Below are positions 27,117-37,200 of a stretch of DNA of 64,000 nucleotides, one piece after another. The position numbers were made by a program, and so were the translations under genes. This DNA is from Piromyces finnis finn (Eukaryota > Fungi > Neocallimastigomycota). Location of the stretch: the NCBI GenBank assembly GCA_002104945.1, contig MCFH01000037.1:248001-312000 (forward strand). Reading direction: 5' to 3'. Within the stretch, counting starts at the first letter, position 1. Each line of letters begins with the position of its first letter. A model generated the notes under the pieces. That model was given only the letters and a program-made list of their open reading frames with translations. It had not been told where the DNA came from and ran no database searches.

Positions 27117-27670
27117 TCGTTCCAGTTTTTATCCTGGTTGTTAAGGCGTTTCCTTAGCATACATAAGGCTTCTGGTTCGACCCCGCAGATGTCAGTGCCT
27201 GTGGATTTTCCCACTGGGTTTGCCATGGGTTGGGTTATGATATTCAGGTAAGTATAAATGAACTTTCTAATTTACTACTATGATAATAACACTCGTCTAG
27301 CCGGCCTGAGAGGGTCTAGTGTACATGGTACATTCCAAATTAGAACTTAATAAGTGGTGACTTAGGCTATGCCAAAAACACATAATATTCCTTAATCAAT
27401 TTAAGTGTAAACATTAGGGGGCGGTTGACACGTGATCAAATTGACTATAAGAGGCTTAGCATTGTAGTTGTGAAATATCGTACAACGACATGCATCTAAT
27501 GTACATGGATTAAGTGAGCGTCGAAGCTGAAGAAACAGTATGACAGACCAGGAGGGTCACAACCACCTAGCAATAGGAATGAGCCAACGTTTCTCTAAGA
27601 ACCACCATTGGAGCTAACTCTGATCGATGGGAGAAATGCACTCGGAAGTTAAAAAAAAAAAAAAAAAAAA
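27117..27670 (+). mobile_element. Non-autonomous non-LTR retroposon (candidate SINE) with poly(A) tail and 13-bp TSD
   Basis: AAGTTCATTAGGG at 27104-27116 and again at 27671-27683; 20-A tail at 27651-27670; B-box-like GGTTCGACCCC at 27174-27184; GC-enriched island with no long ORF. Confidence 0.85.
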
Positions 27671-29405
27671 AAGTTCATTAGGGAAGTATTTATATTATAA
27701 GTTATGTTCCTTTAAAGTTTCAATAATCATATAAATATCTTCTTTATTATTGTTATTATATAACATATTTAATGATTATAGATTCATATACCTTTATGTA
27801 TTAAATAAACTATAAATAAAAATATTATTTATAGTTAATTTAATTATCGAAATTTTATTCTTTATACTATACTTAAAAAACGCTGAATGTATTGTTTAGT
27901 TTTTGAATATATTTTTATTAGTAAAGATAACTATTAATATTTATATTTTATAAGAATTTTTAGAAATAGTTATAAAATATTATGGTTTAATGTTTAAATA
28001 TAATAAATGTTTTTATGCTATTTTTATTCATAATAATTAAAGTTTTTATTCTGTTGCTTTTAACATGAATAAAATGTGTATTTATAAAAATACATAATGA
28101 ATAAATACATATATATTAAAATTAATAAAATACACATTTTATATAATTCTATATTATTATATTAATTATATTATAAAAATTTTTTTTTTTTTAATTTCAT
28201 TTATTTTATATAAATTGTTTATAATAAATATATTAAAATATAAAATATTTGGGTTTATTGTTCGACTGGTTCCAATAATAAATAATAGAGTAATCAATTA
28301 AATATATATAAAATTCAAAAAAATAAATATCTTAATTGAAATTTTAATTATTTTTTTAGTTGGTTTATTTATTTAATCTAAATAAAACTTTGTAAGTTTG
28401 GACCTTTTAATGATATTGATATCTATATTGAAATAATCTAGAATAGAGAATCTCAAATGTATTATACACTTTATTTATAAATGAATCTCATTATTTGAAT
28501 AATATTACAATATATTTCAATTATTTTGTAATTGTTCTTAGATAATAATAACAAAATAAAAATAATTAAATTATTTAAATTAAATTATAGTGAATTAAGG
28601 TTGAAAATTTAAAGTTTGTAATAATAAGATAGTTTTATTTTGAATTAAAAAGAAAATACTTAATGTATAAAAGAATATTCCGCATTATTATTATAATTTT
28701 TATACTATTAATTAATTTTTTAAAGGATTATTTTAAACATATTTGACTTTACCCTCATTACGATTAATAATTCTTTTTAATTGAAAAAAAATAAATTTCA
28801 ATAGTTTCCTTTTTTTGATTGTTGACAATAATAAAAAGTATAAATAAAGACTAATGTAATAGAATGCCAAAACTGCATAAATTTAATATGATAAACCAGT
28901 TCATTTCAGATATTTCGTTTGATAATTTTTATTAAAAGTATAAAAACTGACAATTAATTTAATATTACTATTTTTTTTTTATAATTAGTAATTTTTTAGT
29001 TATCATATAATATCTTATTATATATAGAATATACATATGTATTTTTATTTATTTATTTCTTATTAAGCATTTATCTTCATTTAAAATTTAATTATATAGA
29101 ATAGCTTTATTCAGAAATATAAAAGAAAAACTTTCATATTTGAAAATCTTAAATATCCTCTTATTAAAGAAATATGTATTAAACTATATTATTAATAATA
29201 GCCATGGTTATTTATTTTAAAGTTTCCTAGCAATATGCTTTTATAAGATAAATAAAAATTTAAAGAATATAATATATAATATTTCAATTAAATTTTTTTT
29301 ATATTAAAAAATTAATTAAAAAATGTTAAATTAAAAACTTTTATAATTTTTTTTATTTTCCATATTCTTTTTATAAATCATTTGTGTAATAATTAATAAT
29401 AAAAG

Positions 29406-30792
29406 ATGACTAATCCTATAACAATTTCTCAATATGAATCTGAATCAAGAAATTTTCCTAAAAAAGGGGAAGAATTAAAAGATACATGTAATATGAATCC
29501 AATGGAAAAAGCACAATATTTAATTAAACGAAAAGATGCAATTGAACAAGAAATAATAGAATGGGAAGAAGTTTTAAATAGTGTTAGTAATAAAAATATA
29601 AAGTTCATAATTAATATGTTATTGAGAATGTGTTAAAATAGCGTAAAATTATTAAAAAGAAAGATTTAATACTCCATTTTTTAAAAAATAAATATTTATT
29701 CATAATTAATTAATTATCATTATCATTATTATTATTATTAAATTGTATTTTTATTACATATATATAAATAATAATTTGAAATTTATTTTGATAGCATAAA
29801 GTTGGAATGAATGACTCTCTTTTAGATTCAGAAGGATTTCCTCGTTCAGACATTGATATTGTACAAATCCGAATTGCCAGAAATAAAATTATATGTTTAA
29901 AAAATGATTATAAAGATATAATGAAAAATATTGAACAAGCATTGTATGATGTTCATAAAGACAATAAAGAAAAAAAAGAAAAAGAAAAAGCTCAAAATTT
30001 AAATAATCAAAGACCATTCGCGATTGTTGTGAGTATCATAAAATAATTGTAGAAATAGTATTATTTTAAAGAATTGAATTAAAAATGGTTTATAAATTTT
30101 AAATTCTGAATGAAAGTGATTTTTAATTCTTAAAAAGTGTTTAATTATATTTCTTAAAAAAATAATTATTCAATTCCGTTTATTCAAACATTATCATATT
30201 TATAAATATATAATTTTTATATAAAAACTATATCATTTATTTATTCAAACACATTCAACATTTTATATAGAATACAGTTGCTGATAACTCACCAGCCTCA
30301 AAAGCAGGCTTATTAGAAAAGGATAAAATGTAAGTTAAAGATATAAATACTATATATTTTGTAAAAATATGCTATTTAATAATTTTTTATTATAAAATAT
30401 TTATATATTTATATCTATAAAAGCATTAATTTTGGTACTATTAACGAATCAAATCATGAGAATCTTAAAGCTTTAGCAAAAACTGTTATGGATAATAAAA
30501 ATGTAATCATTTTTTTTTATAGTTTGTTTTAAAACTTTTAATAAACTATGAATTAATTTCTTCCATTCATTTAATAAATATATGAAATAAATATATGATT
30601 TAGAAACCAATTAATATTACTGTTCAAAGAGAAGAAAATGTTATTGCTAATCTTACACTAACACCAAAAGAGTGGTCTGGAAGAGGTTTATTAGGGTAAC
30701 ATTAATAATAATTTATAATAACCATGGAAATATTGTCTAATTCTATAAACTTTTCTATATATTATAATAGATGTCATATTTTACCATATTAA
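29406..30792 (+). CDS. NAS2: 26S proteasome regulatory particle assembly chaperone Nas2/p27 (N-domain + PDZ), 6 exons
   Basis: VGMNDSLLDSEGFPRSDIDIVQIRIARNKIICLKNDY (Nas2 N-domain), PFAIV|NTVADNSPASKAGL, LTPKEWSGRGLLG|CHILPY stop at 30790-30792. Confidence 0.92.
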
Positions 30793-31263
30793 GCAATTAG
30801 TATATAAATAAGCGTTGCCCATTTTTTGTATGTATGTATGTATGTATGTATAGATACATATACATAATTCTAATTGAAGACATTTATTAAAAAAAAAATA
30901 ACAATAAAAATAAATTTTTTATAATATAGATATATAAAAAATAATATATATATAATTTATAAAAGTTTTAAACATAAATCTATTAAATTATTTTTTTTTT
31001 TGTCAATAATTCAATTAGTAATAAATATAGTGATAAATATAATAGTTCATTAAAATGTAAATAACATCACCTGTAAAAAATGATATTCTATTTATAATAA
31101 AAATAATAAAATAGAAAAAGCAAATAAATGAACAATTAATATATTATATATACAGTTATTATAAAATTTTCTTTACAAAAACTAAAAAAAAATCTATATT
31201 ATTGTTATTATGATATTTATTTGATAATATATTATGCATACATTTCCCAATTATCATTTTGTG

Positions 31264-34200
31264 TTAATTGTTATTATCTAAAATTTCTTTTATTTGATAA
31301 TATATATTACGATATTTATTATTAACGAAATTTTCAGATTTATTAATGGTATATAAAGTTTTATTAGTTCTATCGACACAATTTAAATTTGCACCCGATT
31401 GAATTAAATCATTTATTATATTTATATTTTTATGTTGAATTGCAATAACAATCGGTTTTTCTCCCCAATAACCCTCTTCTTTATTGATATCAGCGCCACT
31501 TTCAATCAAAAACTTTACAATGTCTTCATTGTTATTTTGAATGGCTAAAATTAATGGTGTTTCTTGGCAGATGATATTCTTATTAATATCTATATTATGT
31601 TTAACTAAATATTTTACAATTTCTACATTATTACTTAATATTGCATTTTTTAAAGCAACTCTATTTTTTCCGGTAAGGTCGACACCACAATCAATTAAAT
31701 ATTTAGTGATAGAATTATTATTCTTCTGAATAGAATTTAAAAGTGGAGAATAATTATATTTTCCTTTTTTATTTATATCTGATCCATTTTCAATTAAATA
31801 TTTCACTAGTTCTTCATTTCCATTATTTATAGCCCATATCAATGGTGTATCAAAATTATCTCCTTCTATATTTAAATCAGCACCATTTTCAACTAAACAT
31901 TTAACTATCTCAACATTATTATTTTCGATTGCATATATTAATGGTGTGTTCCCATAACTAACATTTTTATTGACATTAGCCCCATGAGCAATTAAATATT
32001 TTACTATATTGACATTGCCTTTAAAAATAGCACTAACTAATGGTGTACTATATTTTTTTCCTTCCTTATTTACGTCAGCATTACAATCAATTAAATATTT
32101 TATTAACTCTTCATTTCCATATTCAATTGCGTTAATTAATAATGAATCGCCATGTCCATCTTTTTGGTTAACATCAAAAGCATTATTATACACTAGTTTG
32201 AATAAATTTTTATTATTTAACATAAATATTTTTTTTAGAATATCAAAATCTAAATTTAAATTAGTCATACTATCAATATCAATATGACATTTTAATAAAT
32301 AATTTATTATAGATTCTTTCATTGTTTTAATTGCATAAATTAAAATAGTATTTTCTTTCTTATCTTTTCTATTTATATCCAATCCATGTTCAACTAGATA
32401 TTTTAATAAATCTAATTGATTTTTATTGATAATTGAATTCATTATGTTTATTCTTTCATTTATAATATTAATATTAGCACCTTCATTAATTGATTTAATA
32501 ATTAATGATAAATTTTGATCGTTAAGACCTCTTATTAATTGACTATCTTTATTTTCTTTATTTATGTAAAGATTTAGGATTTTATCAATTTGGCAATAAA
32601 TACTATGATATTCAGATTTATCATTATATCTTTTGTTTAAATCATTGAGAGTTTCATTCATGTCATTTATATAATTTACATCAGCTCCCCTATCTATTAA
32701 TAATTTTATTATATTCAATTTCCTATTTCTAATAGCTACAATTAAAGGTGTATGATTAAACCTTCCTTCTTCGTTAACATCAGATCCTTTATTAATTAAA
32801 TATTGAATTATTTGTTCATTACCATATTTAATTGCTATATTTAACATTGAATCATCATATTTGTCTTTTTGATTAGCATTAAAATCATTATTATATACAA
32901 TCTTTAATAACTCCATACTATTATATTTTATTATATTTTTAAATAAATTAATATCAATATTAATTTTTATTTGATCAATATTTGGATGACAATTTAATAA
33001 ATATTCAATTACATCCTTATTATCCAAATTAATGGCATGTATTAATATTGTATTACCATTTATATCTTTTAAATCAACATTATAATAATTAGGAACTAGT
33101 TCTTTAATTATGGTTAAACAATTCCTTTTGATGATAGTATCTTTGATTTCTAAATAATTGTCAATGTAAGATATGGTAACTCCTAGATTTATTAAACACT
33201 TTACCATTTTCTCACATTTTAGATCAATTACATAAATTTTTTGATTACTGATATTTTTTGATTTTTCATTTACATCAATTTGTTTTGTAATTAAATATTT
33301 TAATATATCTAATTTTCCTTTATATATTATTTCTTTCATCATTATACCATTTACTATATTGATATTAACACTATTATTTAATAAGCACCTAATTATTGGA
33401 ATATTTCTTTTCTCAATAGCGTAAGTTAAAATACTATTTTCATCGTCATATACTTTATTAATATTTAAATGATTTTCAATAAATAATTTCAATAAATCTA
33501 ACCGATTTTTATTAACTATTTCTTTCAATATTTCCTGTATTCCTTGATTTTCAACAATGTGTGATAACAACTTCACATTATTATTTTTAATAAGATTATA
33601 TATAATATCGATTTTATCGTCAACACAACATAAATTAATATTACACTTTATTAAATAACTAATTATTTGGTTACTTTTAGATTCTATTGCATAATTAAGA
33701 AGTGTTTCTCCATTTATATCCTTTCTATTTATATCTAATTGATGATTTACAAGAAACTCTAATAAACCAATATTATTATCATGCATTATAGATTTAAGTA
33801 ATTCAATTTTTTTATTTAATAAATTTATGTCTGCACCAGAATTAATTAAGTATTTAATTAATTTTTCATTTTTATAATATATGGCATAAATTAAGGGTGA
33901 ATTTCCATATTCATCTTGAATATTAATATTTATATATTTTGGAATTAATAATTTTATAATATCAAACCAATCCAAAGATATTATTTTCTTAATAATTTTA
34001 TTGTCTATATTTTGAGAGTTTATGCCATTTTCAATTAAATATTTTAAAATTGAAATGTTTTTACTATTGATAGCATTAATTAAAATAGTATCATTGTTGC
34101 TATACATGAAACTGCTATCAATATAGTTTGGAATTAATATTTTCAATAAATCTTGTTTATTATTATTTATTACTATATCTATTATTTCATTCATATATAT

Positions 34201-37200
34201 TTTTATATTACAATTATTTAGTAAATACTCAAATATATCAGGTTTACAAATTTCAATTATATTTATTAATGATGAAAAAATATTTTTATTATTATTCATT
34301 TTTTTAAATATCAATGCACCATTATCTACTAATAATTTTACTAATGTTAATGAATTTTTTTCAATAGAATATATTAAAGCTGATTTTCCATACAAATCTT
34401 TTGCATTAATATCTATACCTTTTGAAATTAATTTTTTGATAATTTCAATTTTTTCTTCTTTTGAATAATAATCAATTTTTGATAATGTAACAATTGGTGT
34501 TTCGTGCTTCTCATTTATTATGTTTATTAATTTATTTTTAATATCATTTTCAAGCAAATTTGAAATTATTTTTTTTTTTTTTACTTTTATTGCAATATCA
34601 AAAACTGAACGAATTTTTAAATTTTCATTTTGTTGATTAATATTGTAAATCAATTGATTCATTGTTTCTTTATCATCTTTTAGAATTGAATAATGTATAA
34701 TTGTATAACCATAATAGTCTTTTTCATTAATATCATAATATTTTAACAAAATTCTAAATATTTCTTGATAATTTAATAAATAAGATAATATTAATGGAGT
34801 AAAAAAATTTTTTGATAAATCATGACTATATAATAATTTCCTATTGTAATTTTCATTATTTCTCAATTCATTATTTATTATATCTTTTACTAAATCAACA
34901 TTATTTTGAGAGATTGCCTTCATTAGTAAACAATTACTTGTATCAATATCTATAATAGGTAGAATATTATGTTTAAATAAATACTGAAGAACATTATAAT
35001 TCTCATTCTTAATTAATACTATAAACAATGATGTATTATTATAATTTTTCACATTACAATTAGCGCCATTTTCTAATAAATATTCAAATATATTTATATT
35101 TTCATAACAATTTTTTGCAATATGTGATGCTTCAATAATAGGATATTCATTATTCTTATCTTTTTCATTAATATTAATTTTATTCTTTAGTTCTGGATGT
35201 TCAATCAATATCTTGATTAATTCAAAGTTTTTTAGTTTTATTAACGCATTTAATATCAATGACAAGGATTGTGTACTGTAATTTTTTATTAAAACTATGT
35301 TATACTCTTTAATATCGTCTAGGGAAGTTACACAAAATATTTTCATTATTAAAATCTTCATAACAGCTATATAATTTATACGGGATGCTGATTTTAAAAT
35401 ATTTTCAACATCTAATGTATTATTTATATTTTTGATTTTTTCTAAAATGTATTTTATGATATATATATTAGTATTTTTTATAGCTAATAATAATATTTTA
35501 TTAAAATTAATGTGATTAATATTAAAATCTTTATTAGATTCTATAAGATTTAAAAGATTATTTAATAGATAAGTAATTAGTGAATTATCCTTAATTTTTG
35601 TGGCTGTTAGTAATATTTTTTCGATATTAAAATAATTTAATTTAAAATATTTATTATAGATCACTTGATTAATAAAATATTCAAATAAATAAGTATTTTT
35701 TATTTTTCCTAATGAAAATAAAGCACCGCAAATGAAGCTTTTTTCATTAAAATTAGTGGTTGAATATTTTATTATTTTATCAATAATATATTTTTCAAAA
35801 TTTTCATTTTTTACTTTATTTGATGCTAAAATTAAATTTGCAACACAAGCATCATTTATATCAAAGTTTTTTGAATTAAACAGCTCTTCAATATAGTATT
35901 CTAAAACTGAAATATTATCGTTTATTTGTCTTAATATCATTATATCTTTTTGAATATTAATAGTATTATAATTGAATGTAGGATGTTGAAACGACTTTCC
36001 AATGACTAATTTAAGAAGATAGGTGATATATGTATATGTATTTTTTAAATTTAATTTATACTGGCTAACAATTGATAAAATATTTTCAAAATTAACTTTA
36101 TTGAAATCAAAAGAGTTATGACAAAATGATTTTTCTATAATAAATTTATCTAATTGAAAGTATCCATCCATATTATTATCAATTTTTTTATTTATGTTTC
36201 GAAATTCAATTAATATTTTTTCAAAATTTATATATTTAAAATTAAAGGTTTTATGAAAAAAAGATTTTGTTATGAAAAAGGTGATAAAATCAGAGAAGTA
36301 CGAAAATTCTGTATTGTTATAATGACATTTACAAATAATTGATATAATATTTTCAAAGTTAATATTTTTAAAATCAAATGTTTTATGGTCAAAGGAACGA
36401 TTAATTAAAATTTCAAATAGTTTGAAATAACTTTGCTTATCTATTTCAATAATTTCACGAACATTAACCATAGTTTTTAACATATTTTCAAAATTAATAT
36501 ACTTAAAATCGAATGTTTTATGATCAAATGATTTTTGAATAAATCGTTTAATAAAATTAAAAGTGATATTTGAAATTTCAAAAATATTTAATAGTAATGT
36601 TTCAAAACTGGCATCCTTAAAACTAAAAAATGATTCATTTAATATTTCTTCAATAAAATAGTCTATAATATCCAAACGATATCTTATTCTTTTTGATGAT
36701 AAATACTCTTCAATATTAAAATTCTTATAATCAAACCATTTTGAAGAAAATAGCTCCTTAATAAAATCGTAATTATGATCATAAATTGCTTTATCCAAGA
36801 GCTTATATAATTCATATTTATCAAAAAATAAATCATGTTTATTTGAATCGCAATTAATAAATATTTTAACAGCAGTATTATTATGATAATAAAGCGCCTC
36901 GAAATACCATTCATGTTTAATAGTAATTTTTGATTTTTCGTTTGTAATAATTTCATATAATTGTTCAGAAGACAATGAAACTTTATTTTTTGAAAAAGAT
37001 AGTAATTTTAATATGAAATACTTATCAAAAACAAAATGATATAATATATGGCTTAAATAATCATTTTTGTTGTTTCTTATTAGCATTGTTATTAATTTTG
37101 ATGTTATTTTAAAACCTTTATCTAATGAATATTTCAAATTACTACTATTAAGAAGATGTTCATTACGAAGCTTATAAATAAGATCGGAATCAAAAATTTT

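Noticed and set aside
27119-27195. Functional tRNA gene
   Set aside because: No acceptor-stem pairing, non-canonical anticodon loop and only a 2-nt variable region; at best a tRNA-derived head.
27063-27251. 62-aa ORF crossing the retroposon 5' junction
   Set aside because: Spans flank and element, so a chance frame; codon usage unlike host genes.
27300-27545. Hammerhead, HDV-like, group I/II intron or SRP motifs in the retroposon (CTGAAGA, CTGAGAG, GACTA)
   Set aside because: Partial core strings only; the required partner motifs and stems could not be assembled by eye.
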